A DNA stretch of 10,539 nt from Promethearchaeia archaeon (GTDB lineage: Archaea; Asgardarchaeota; Lokiarchaeia; Sigyniarchaeales; SOKP01), in assembly GCA_029856105.1 (NCBI GenBank), contig JAHQWH010000017.1:1-10539 (forward strand), read 5' to 3'. The position numbers and the translations under genes were made by a program. Below the pieces are notes generated by a model. The model made no database searches. It was not told where the DNA came from and saw only the letters and a list, made by a program, of their open reading frames with translations. Below, piece after piece: positions 1 through 7,935 of this stretch (its first letter is position 1; the number at the start of each line of letters is the position of its first letter).

Positions 1-1183
1 TCTCTATGGTTTCACCCACTGTATAGCTTCCATCGGCTTTAGTCGAGCTAACACTGGTAATTGTCGGAACGGTGGTGTCAATGACGAGGTCCTTATTAGA
101 ACCAAGAGAACCTGCGGTCCCTGGAGTTGGAAGCGTTAAAAAAGCGTTATTTCCTCCTACATCTTCGATTGTTCCACCATTTAGCGATAACGCATTGGTG
201 GAGATATAGTCGAGATCAGGTGAAGTATGTCCTGAGGCTACTGTATAAGTGAAAGTGAGCGTAGAAGTTCCACTACCACTGGTGTAACCTACTATAGCAT
301 CTGTAGAACCTGTCTCCAGAGTAATTTGTGGTGTTCCTGTTACATAAACTATCTCTGAAAAAGTAATTGTTATCTCTATGATTTCACCCACTGTATAGCT
401 TCCATCGGCTTTAGTCGAGCTAACACTGGTAATTGTCGGAACGGTGGTGTCAATGACGAGGTCCTTATTAGACCCGAGAGAACCTGCGGTCCCTGGAGTG
501 GGAAGAACTAAATCGGCACTTAATCCTTCTGAATCCTTTATAGTTCCAGTTAAGGAATTTTCATCAACATAATCAAGATCTGTTGAGGTATGTCCTGAGG
601 CTACGGTATAAGTGAAAGTTAACGTATCCGTTTCATTCCCGCTAATATAATCTACTATAGCATCTGTAGAACCTGTCTCCAGAGTAATTTGTGGTGTTCC
701 TGTTACATAAACTATCTCTGAAAAAGTAATTGTTATGTTAATTTCTTCTCCTGTAGTATAGAAGTCATTTGGTTTAGTAGAACTAACATTATTTACAGAT
801 GGTGTTTTAGCATCAACAATAATATTCTTATTAGAACCAAGAGATCCTGATGTTCCTGGGACCGGTAGTGTTATATTAGCATCGTTTCCAACAATACCTT
901 TGATAGTTCCACTATTTAAATCCAACGCACCGGTGGAGATATAATCAAGATCAGAAGAATAATGGTCCAAAGCGACTGTATAATTAAATGATAATATATT
1001 AGTTTCATTTCCACTAGTATAATCAACTACTGCATCATTGTCACCTGTCTCCAGAGTAAGTTGCGGTGTTCCTGTTACATATACTACATCTGAAAACTTA
1101 ATTGTAATTTCAATTATCTCCTCAAACCTATATGTGTCATTAGCATTAGTGGATGTTACATCAATTATCGTTAAAGGAGGTAC
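1..1183 (-). repeat. Tandem ~121-124 aa Ig-like coding repeats: R1 1183-812, R2 811-449, R3 448-77, R4 76-<1
   Basis: Recurring units: [42 protein letters not shown]...LP.PGT.GSLGSNK..VID. DNA 1-133 vs 373-505 differs at 4 positions; 289-373 is identical to 652-736. Confidence 0.93.
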
Positions 1184-2704
1184 ACAATAATTATTTTCAA
1201 ACGTATTACCTACACTATTTTCTTCGAGAGCATACTCGGTATTGTCAATAAAAGTGTTTTCTGAAATCGTATTAGAATCACTATCGTTCAAACAAACTCC
1301 GTAATAATTTTCATGTAATGTATTCTCTATAATATCTGTATTATTACTTAAATATAAAGAAATTCCACATTGATTATTTGAACAATTATTTCCAATCAAT
1401 TGTGCATTATCAACGGAATCTAATTTAATTCCTGCATCCATAGAACCTGATCCTGAATTTAAAAGTTTAGAATTTTCTATTTTAAAATAAACACTCGAAT
1501 TTCCGATTAAAATACAATTACCATCATTTTCAGCATCTATTTCTAAATCTGAAATAACATATGGATCATCTGAAGCACCTGAACCGCTGCACCATGCTCT
1601 TGTAGATGTCCATGTCCAACTTTTATTTCCACTTGCCTGATTTCCATCAATATGAATCTTTTCTCCATCATGGAATGGATCTCCATAAATCGGACGAGAG
1701 TCATTAGGGCTTACCGAAGAACTGGGGATATAAGTGTATGGGGTATCTCCGAGACCATCTCCATCAGAATCTGAACCTGTATAATTATCCCAGTAATTAC
1801 CAATAACTGAATTATTCCAATCATTTTGAATGAAATTCCAATTATCCCTTGCGTGTAATGTATTGTTAATAAAATAATTTTTATAAACAATATTGTAACC
1901 CGTCGAAAGTAACAATATCCCAACTTCTGTATGGTTCTTTATAGTATTTTCCGTAATGGTGTTACTATCACTAAAATCTAAAAATATCCCTCTTATACCG
2001 TTATTAGATATATTATTTTCTGAGATAGTATTGGAGTTACAATCATCAAACATATATATTCCATTATTAGTGTTATTAATTATAGAGTTTCCTGAGATAA
2101 TGTTATTCTCGCAATAATATTTTAAATACATTCCAATATATCCGTTATTATTTATAGTGTTTCCTGAAATAGTGTTATTCTCACTTAAGTTCATGTAAAT
2201 TCCAATGTGATTATTTGAACAATCGTTATTTAATATCGTTCCATTGTTGGTGTTTACCAATTTAATTGCTGCATCATCATAAGAAACAGATTGAACTGCA
2301 TTGTAAAGTGTACAATTTCTGATTATAAAATAATCAAATTTGGAGTCATATATGGAAATACAACTATATGTATCTTGCCCATCTATAGTTATATCCTCAA
2401 TAATATAAGGATCGTCCCAAATTCCATTACCCTTACACCACGGTTGATTTTTTGCCCATGTCCAGTTATTTGCACCAACACCAGTAGCACTTGCATTAAT
2501 TTCAATTGGATTGGTAGGACTAGAAAATTTCAAGTTAATTTTATTATTATCATCGTAATTTTGTATATCTTCACGAGTAATTATCCTATCATCATTTGTT
2601 ATATTACTAAAATTAATGTCAGTTTGTAGAAATGTAGCAACAATAAACAACGACATACCCAAAAGTGATAATAATAAAAATTTATTTTTTCTTTTATTTT
2701 TCAT
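1..2704 (-). CDS. Large secreted/cell-surface protein (3' end off window): signal/TM peptide, two NosD-like right-handed beta-helix modules, then at least 4 Ig-like repeats
   Basis: Manual translation from ATG at 2704 ([27 protein letters not shown]...) stays open and in frame to position 1 (901 codons). Each module opens with a Trp/Cys cap ([30 protein letters not shown]; [30 protein letters not shown]). The modules contain Asn-ladder repeats ([24 protein letters not shown]) and module 1 ends [27 protein letters not shown] lies just upstream of the ATG. Confidence 0.92.
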   Translation of the reverse strand, partial: MKNKRKNKFLLLSLLGMSLFIVATFLQTDINFSNITNDDRIITREDIQNYDDNNKINLKFSSPTNPIEINASATGVGANNWTWAKNQPWCKGNGIWDDPYIIEDITIDGQDTYSCISIYDSKFDYFIIRNCTLYNAVQSVSYDDAAIKLVNTNNGTILNNDCSNNHIGIYMNLSENNTISGNTINNNGYIGMYLKYYCENNIISGNSIINNTNNGIYMFDDCNSNTISENNISNNGIRGIFLDFSDSNTITENTIKNHTEVGILLLSTGYNIVYKNYFINNTLHARDNWNFIQNDWNNSVIGNYWDNYTGSDSDGDGLGDTPYTYIPSSSVSPNDSRPIYGDPFHDGEKIHIDGNQASGNKSWTWTSTRAWCSGSGASDDPYVISDLEIDAENDGNCILIGNSSVYFKIENSKLLNSGSGSMDAGIKLDSVDNAQLIGNNCSNNQCGISLYLSNNTDIIENTLHENYYGVCLNDSDSNTISENTFIDNTEYALEENSVGNTFENNYCVPPLTIIDVTSTNANDTYRFEEIIEITIKFSDVVYVTGTPQLTLETGDNDAVVDYTSGNETNILSFNYTVALDHYSSDLDYISTGALDLNSGTIKGIVGNDANITLPVPGTSGSLGSNKNIIVDAKTPSVNNVSSTKPNDFYTTGEEINITITFSEIVYVTGTPQITLETGSTDAIVDYISGNETDTLTFTYTVASGHTSTDLDYVDENSLTGTIKDSEGLSADLVLPTPGTAGSLGSNKDLVIDTTVPTITSVSSTKADGSYTVGEIIEITITFSEIVYVTGTPQITLETGSTDAIVGYTSGSGTSTLTFTYTVASGHTSPDLDYISTNALSLNGGTIEDVGGNNAFLTLPTPGTAGSLGSNKDLVIDTTVPTITSVSSTKADGSYTVGETIE

Positions 2705-3052
2705 TGATTTAACCCTCTTATTAATAGATTAATATAATTATAATTTTCATTAGAATATTATTTAAATATTTACTTTTGTGAAGGGATTTTTCCATATTTT
2801 AGAATAATTTTAAAGAATTTTAAATTAAGATTTTTTGAAATTTAATTTTCCTCATTAATTAGAAATATTCAATAAAGATACTACTCAGATTATTTTAATT
2901 TATTTTAAGATAAATTGTTGTTAAATTGGGTTTAATACAAAAGGTTTTAAAAATTGAAATACAATCCTTAATTAAAATATTAAAAAAAAGTTAATTTATC
3001 CATTCTAAAAATAATTATAAAACATAAAATGCAAAACTTATCCTATTGAGAA

Positions 3053-3580
3053 ATGTCAACGAAAAAAAGTAAAATTGAGCATTTAATACAAGAATATTTG
3101 ATAGACGAGGGTATCTTAAAAGAAAGATCACCTGATCCTAAATCTGAATTAGATTTTGGATTTATATTCACTTTTCCTCCAGGTCCAGGACCTAATAGTC
3201 AGAAAATGAGTGTTTTTAAACCTAAGAATAAAAGTTACTTAATTATAGCAATTCGAACTGAAATATCAAAATCACAAATTAATGCGTTAAATTCAGGAAA
3301 GGAAAATAAAGTTTTTCAATTTTTTAGCGATCTAAGAAAATTTCTTCTAATTAAAGAAGTTTATTTTCGAATAAATGCCAAAACTTATAGATTTGAAATA
3401 CACAAGCAATTTTTTCCTGATAGAGATGAATACATTTCAAAGAATTCATTTTATGAAGGAATTCAAAAAGTGTATTACTGTTTTTTTTATGCCAGCATAT
3501 TATTAAGTGAGCATTGCTCTGGAAAAGAAATTCCATCTAAAACATTTGGTCCTGAATTCGATCTTTCATTGTATTCATAA
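3053..3580 (+). CDS. DUF2299-like archaeal protein (probable YbjN/type III chaperone-like fold), 175 aa
   Basis: ORF with ATG start. The motifs IQEYLIDEG, DFGFIFTFPPG and SVFKPKNKSYLIIAIRTEIS resemble the archaeal DUF2299 family as I recall it. A clear paralog lies at 7427..7708. Confidence 0.75.
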   Translation: MSTKKSKIEHLIQEYLIDEGILKERSPDPKSELDFGFIFTFPPGPGPNSQKMSVFKPKNKSYLIIAIRTEISKSQINALNSGKENKVFQFFSDLRKFLLIKEVYFRINAKTYRFEIHKQFFPDRDEYISKNSFYEGIQKVYYCFFYASILLSEHCSGKEIPSKTFGPEFDLSLYS

Positions 3581-3809
3581 ATACTAAATTCATCATGGGA
3601 GATAAGTTGTTTACATTTTATATTCTATATAAACAGAGATTTAAACTAGCATTATATTAACTTAGTCGCTGGATAAAATTTGATAAATAATAAGGTGTAT
3701 TTTTAGTAGGGATAATACGAATAAATCCTTATTATTCAAAATAATTATGTAAAAAATCTAACTTACTCAATATTTACATTTTTGTAAAACAATAAGAAAA
3801 AAAAAAGAT

Positions 3810-3824
3810 CGCAAACTTTAAATA
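3810..3824 (+). promoter_or_regulatory. Archaeal BRE/TATA promoter, probably leaderless transcript
   Basis: cgcaaac followed by TTTAAATA (3817-3824), ending about 22 nt before the ATG at 3846, which is canonical archaeal spacing. Confidence 0.55.
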
Positions 3825-3845
3825 TAACTTCTGTACCAATATTAC

Positions 3846-4700
3846 ATGGTGATATATCCGAGCAAAAAAAGTCTCGAAAACGAGACCATAGATAGTTATT
3901 CCAAAACCGTTACTGGGATTCTTATTATAACTGTTGGACTTGCAGCTATGGTATTGTTCTGTGGAGTTTGGGTCATTACAACATATGGCGCGAATGGCGA
4001 TCAATCAGTAGGTACTGTGATACCATTCGTCCCGGAAATGAGTTCTTCAGAGAATTCAATTCTCGAAGAACAATTATCCGAAGACATTGATTCGGACCTT
4101 AAGGTTTACGACCTTAACCCTTCCGAAGCTTTGGTAATGACGGGGACAGGCGACGTGTTGGTAACCGAAAGATGTGAAGTAGGTTTTATGGATGTCGATC
4201 CTGGCTACCTTATTGTTTGTGATGAAAATCTCCCTTCTACTTTACCAATTTGCATAACAAATGAATTCTTAGCAGATTTCTACATTGATGTCTGTTCATA
4301 TGGTGGTTACGTACCACTTAATGGATGGGTAAGACTATTCCAACAAAAAACCGATGGAGCGTTTGAAGGCCAAATTGATATCACCTGGACCAATATGGGT
4401 GAAGTAGTATGTCCTTGCACTGGATGTGTTGTTACTAAGTATCATGCTACCTTCTCGGTAGCAGAGCCTATCATGCTCGAATCAAATCATCCTCCCGCAG
4501 CAATTTGCGGCGACAATGATTTATGTTTTATTCCCGAATGGGCCCCTGAAGATTTAGGGAAAGAAGTTTACGTAGTTATTCAAAGTGATTGGACAGGTTG
4601 TGATTTACCTGACCAAAAATTCCGGGTAATACCGGCACACAAAAGTTTGTCCTGGAATCCCGAACTCTCGATGAGAGATATGTCGCCAGTTTTAATGTAA
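3846..4700 (+). CDS. Hypothetical membrane-anchored, acidic, Cys-rich protein (284 aa)
   Basis: Long ORF with one N-terminal hydrophobic helix (VTGILIITVGLAAMVLFCGVWVITT) and 11 Cys including VVCPCTGC. Beta-strand-like composition. Has its own TATA box and terminator. Confidence 0.85.
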   Translation: MVIYPSKKSLENETIDSYSKTVTGILIITVGLAAMVLFCGVWVITTYGANGDQSVGTVIPFVPEMSSSENSILEEQLSEDIDSDLKVYDLNPSEALVMTGTGDVLVTERCEVGFMDVDPGYLIVCDENLPSTLPICITNEFLADFYIDVCSYGGYVPLNGWVRLFQQKTDGAFEGQIDITWTNMGEVVCPCTGCVVTKYHATFSVAEPIMLESNHPPAAICGDNDLCFIPEWAPEDLGKEVYVVIQSDWTGCDLPDQKFRVIPAHKSLSWNPELSMRDMSPVLM

Positions 4701-4714
4701 CGGTTAGAATGGCT

Positions 4715-4760
4715 ATTGGCAAACCTGCCAATTTTTGCTTTTCTTTTTTTTTTTTATTTT
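4715..4760 (+). terminator. Hairpin plus long T-tract terminator
   Basis: ATTGGCA-aacc-TGCCAAT (4715-4732, perfect 7-bp stem) begins 15 nt after the stop codon and is followed by a nearly pure T run to 4760. Confidence 0.7.
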
Positions 4761-5201
4761 AAAATGTAATAAATATATTGATGAAATCAACATCAAAAAT
4801 TGATATTTTTTTTTTAAGAGACCTTCGTCTAATAAATAGTATTAAATTCTCAACTTTGATGTCTTTATTTGGTATTTTTAATAAATAAATGGAAAATTGG
4901 TATATTATGGATTGTTTAATTTTTTTAGAATTAAGAATATTCATCTAAATACGAATAAAAATTTTCTGTATCTTTTAAGTTATCTTTGGATTGTGAAAGC
5001 CTTAATTTTGAAATTAAAAGAAGAATATTTAAAAAGAATCTTATATAACGATTCAAATAAAACTATTGTATGAAGATCAACCTAATTTATGATTATTTTT
5101 TTAACTAAATTAAGCAACCGGATTTAAATTTCATTGAACTAACAATTTTGACAAAATTGGTTCATTTCATAATAACTCAAATTTAATATGTTTGATTTGA
5201 T

Positions 5202-5212
5202 TAAGTTTAAAA
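5202..5212 (+). promoter_or_regulatory. Putative TATA element of paralog A
   Basis: TAAGTTTAAAA lies 66 nt before ATG 5268. The identical 11-mer lies 65 nt before ATG 7936 of paralog B. Confidence 0.5.
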
Positions 5213-5267
5213 AAAAGAATTGAATAATGTAACATACCGAAATTGGATGTTTTATTAAAAACTTAAC

Positions 5268-7448
5268 ATGACATTAGATATACAATTGGTTAGTGGAATT
5301 GGAAAAAAAACCGCAGAAAGAATGAAACAGAAAGGGATAGACTCAATAGAAATATTAGCGTCAACGAACATTGAAGATTTATTAAAAATTAACGGCATTG
5401 GGAACGCTACGGCAAGTAGATATATTAATATTGCCCAAAACTATCTTGAAAACATTAAAGGAAAAGAAAGAAGAGCAAATATTATTAAAGAAGAGGTAAG
5501 ACCGTTCTCAACTAGCTCAGAAGAGATTATAGATGTTCCTAAAACCTCTTTTTTAGAAGAGATATTAGTTAATCAAAATTCATCATCATCTAATTCAAAA
5601 GAGATATTAGACATTTCAAGACTCTCTGAGAAGAGTCTTAATATTGTTCAAGAATATCATGATAATAAAAAAGTAGGGGAAAGAGAGAAAAAAACCATTA
5701 AAAAAGAGAAAAATCAAATCCCTCTTAGATTAAAAGTGTTTTTGGCTGATCCAGAGTCGTCTATTTCGGGAGAAATATTAGACAATCCGAAACTAACTAA
5801 TGAGAAAAATATACCTGGAGTACCAATTAACACTACTAGACAATTAAAAAAAGAAAAAATTGCCCCCACAGAAGCAGAAATGGTAAGATCAACAAAAAAG
5901 TCAACAAAAAAGTCAAAAAAAAAGAAAGAGTTTGAAAAAAAGAAGAAGAATTGGCCACCCATGATAAAAATAGGATCTCATCAAATAAAATCTAAAATTG
6001 AACCTCAACCAGCCAAAAAGCAACAATTAACGCACAAAAAACCGGAATTAAGGCAAAAAGATCAAAAATTAACGTATAAAAATAGTACAAAAATTAAAGA
6101 AGAAAAATCAAGAAAGGGCAAAAAACCGTTACTTAGAACATTTTTCTCTCCAGAAATAATGCAAAAGATTCGTTTTTTCCATTTTAAAATTAAATATTTA
6201 GAAGTGGCAATGCGAAAAAATGAAGATTTTTCATTCCACGATCTTGATTCTATTGTAGATTATGTAGAAATCTTAAATATTAATTACAAAACTCAGAGCC
6301 AAATAAAAATCTTTAAAGAATTAGATATTACTCCGTCTTTTTTTGATCCCCTTGAAAAGAAAGAGATAGAAATATGGGATTTAATGTTTGAATGTACACG
6401 GGTATTATGGGTAGCAGCACAAGCATGTTCTTATCTTTCTAAGAAATTCGAATCTGAAGGTGTTCTGAAAAATGCTATAGTAGCGATGGTAGAATGTAGT
6501 AAAATGTATAAGGCTGCAGCATATTTTAGTGCGGCATGTACTCGCCAAGAAAACAAGGGAACCACATTGTCCGCTGGAAATCTTGAACTAAATTCTGAGG
6601 AATCTCGGATTTTCGCTCAAAGTTTAGCTACTATGAGCGAAGAACAGAAACAAAACCTATCAATAGCATCAAATCTATGTGCAGGATTGAGTGCATTAAC
6701 AAAAAGATTATACTTTTTAAAAATATATGATAAAGGAAAGGAAAAACAGTTAAAAGCTCAATATAATTACGATATAGGCAAAGCTTGTCATTTGAAAGCT
6801 AAATTATTATTAAATATATCAGATGATGGTGAAAGTAAGGAAATCATTGAAGGTCTACAGAAAAAAGCTAATTATTATTTATACAAAGCGGAAGAAACAT
6901 GGGAATACATGTTAGAGAATTTAAAAGAACTTTCAAATAATGAAAAGAAAAACATACAAGTTAATTTGTCAATAGTTAATGAATACATCATAGAAAATGA
7001 TGTTGAAATTATAAAAGATAATGAAGCCATGAAAATTCAAGATCCGGAGCCGCTAATCATAGTCCCAGAAAATTTAGCACCATTTTTACCAAAGACTACT
7101 AATTATCTAACTCAATACAAACCAAAAGATCTCAATTTTTACGTTTATAGACGTTATAAAGATTTACTCTCGGAAATTTCGGTTGAATACAACAAAATCG
7201 AGGAATTACAAAATAGGAAAGCAGGAATCGGTCGAACATTGAAACAATTGAGAGTTTTGTATAATAATAATGATATTGATATCAGTGATTTTACTCATCT
7301 TTTTGAAAAATATTCAACCAAACTCGTAACAATTGAGAATGTTATTGAAAAATTAAAAAATCCTGAGAAAAAAAGCCAAATTAATAAACAACAAATAGAA
7401 GAAACTAAATCTAAACATAAATCAAATTATATTAGTATAAAAAATTGA
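5268..7448 (+). CDS. Paralog A: N-terminal (HhH)2 domain, long Lys-rich linker, putative Bro1-like helical domain, C-terminal steadiness-box-like hairpin (726 aa)
   Basis: HhH motifs LVSGIGKKTAERM and LLKINGIGNATA (aa 1-62). Low-complexity K/E/S linker to about aa 289. Conserved core from RTFFSPE (6135) is shared with paralog B. The CDS and HhH call are secure; the Bro1/SB calls are by-eye motif matches. Confidence 0.85.
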   Translation: MTLDIQLVSGIGKKTAERMKQKGIDSIEILASTNIEDLLKINGIGNATASRYINIAQNYLENIKGKERRANIIKEEVRPFSTSSEEIIDVPKTSFLEEILVNQNSSSSNSKEILDISRLSEKSLNIVQEYHDNKKVGEREKKTIKKEKNQIPLRLKVFLADPESSISGEILDNPKLTNEKNIPGVPINTTRQLKKEKIAPTEAEMVRSTKKSTKKSKKKKEFEKKKKNWPPMIKIGSHQIKSKIEPQPAKKQQLTHKKPELRQKDQKLTYKNSTKIKEEKSRKGKKPLLRTFFSPEIMQKIRFFHFKIKYLEVAMRKNEDFSFHDLDSIVDYVEILNINYKTQSQIKIFKELDITPSFFDPLEKKEIEIWDLMFECTRVLWVAAQACSYLSKKFESEGVLKNAIVAMVECSKMYKAAAYFSAACTRQENKGTTLSAGNLELNSEESRIFAQSLATMSEEQKQNLSIASNLCAGLSALTKRLYFLKIYDKGKEKQLKAQYNYDIGKACHLKAKLLLNISDDGESKEIIEGLQKKANYYLYKAEETWEYMLENLKELSNNEKKNIQVNLSIVNEYIIENDVEIIKDNEAMKIQDPEPLIIVPENLAPFLPKTTNYLTQYKPKDLNFYVYRRYKDLLSEISVEYNKIEELQNRKAGIGRTLKQLRVLYNNNDIDISDFTHLFEKYSTKLVTIENVIEKLKNPEKKSQINKQQIEETKSKHKSNYISIKN
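5889..5924 (+). repeat. 3 x 12-bp in-frame tandem repeat encoding STKK-STKK-SKKK
   Basis: tcaacaaaaaag tcaacaaaaaag tcaaaaaaaaag. Confidence 0.85.
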
Positions 7449-7708
7449 AGTTTCTTGTTATCTTTAAGTGAATTTAAAATTTCAGCTTTTTTCTTTGAAA
7501 TTTGAAATCTAATAGTTATAAAGATACCAGTCATATTTTTTGGTTTATAAATACTCAAATTCTGGCTTTTTGCTCCTGAAGGGAATGAAATTATGAATCC
7601 GAAATCAAATTTGGCACTATCTATTCTGTCCTTTAAGATGCCTTCTTCTAATAAATATTCATGTAATAAATTCTCAACAATGTTCTTATCACTTGGCTTC
7701 GTAAACAA
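7427..7708 (-). pseudogene. 3'-truncated DUF2299-like paralog (93 aa versus 175 aa)
   Basis: Aligns with 3053..3580 (EYLLEEGILKDR/EYLIDEGILKER; DFGFIISFP/DFGFIFTFP; SIYKPKN/SVFKPKN; LNSLKDNKKLQFF/LNSGKENKVFQFF), then stops. I see no homologous continuation just past the stop in any minus frame. Start codon is TTG. Confidence 0.7.
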
Positions 7709-7870
7709 TTCGATTAAAAATTTGGATATGTAGAAGATTATTTTCTTAGATTTATTAATATTTATATAATTGAGAACTGACAGTTTCGGAATATCTTAAG
7801 TTATAATTAAACTGTTTTTGGTTAGCTTACCTTTTGTTACAGTATCTTTATTCCAAATTTGTCGGAAGAA

Positions 7871-7881
7871 TAAGTTTAAAA
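7871..7881 (+). promoter_or_regulatory. Putative TATA element of paralog B
   Basis: TAAGTTTAAAA, identical to 5202-5212 and at equivalent spacing from the start codon. Confidence 0.5.
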
Positions 7882-7935
7882 TGAACTATTGTATAAGTAT
7901 AATATAGGTATTGAATTCATTATTAGTTGATTAAT

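Noticed and set aside
1-736. Near-identical repeats as a DGR TR/VR pair or CRISPR array
   Set aside because: They are in-frame coding repeats with a 363-372 bp period and mostly synonymous differences. There are no spacers, and no RT or cas gene in the window.
1711-1923. 70-aa minus-strand ORF
   Set aside because: Alternative frame inside the large surface-protein gene.
2291-2629. 112-aa plus-strand ORF
   Set aside because: Antisense shadow of the surface-protein gene.
3351-4004. Minus-strand ORFs 3351..3536 and 3774..4004
   Set aside because: Short antisense overlaps of better-supported genes, with no recognisable motifs.
4759-4944. 61-aa minus-strand intergenic ORF
   Set aside because: I/K/F/N-rich composition typical of random AT-rich DNA. 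Cannot be strictly excluded but is unsupported.
5061-5071. AACTATTGTAT shared with 7884-7894
   Set aside because: Very different distances from the two start codons; plausible by chance in AT-rich DNA.
5889-5950. Poly-A runs as programmed frameshift or phase-variation sites
   Set aside because: The ORF is intact, the runs encode Lys, and no alternative-frame product is evident.
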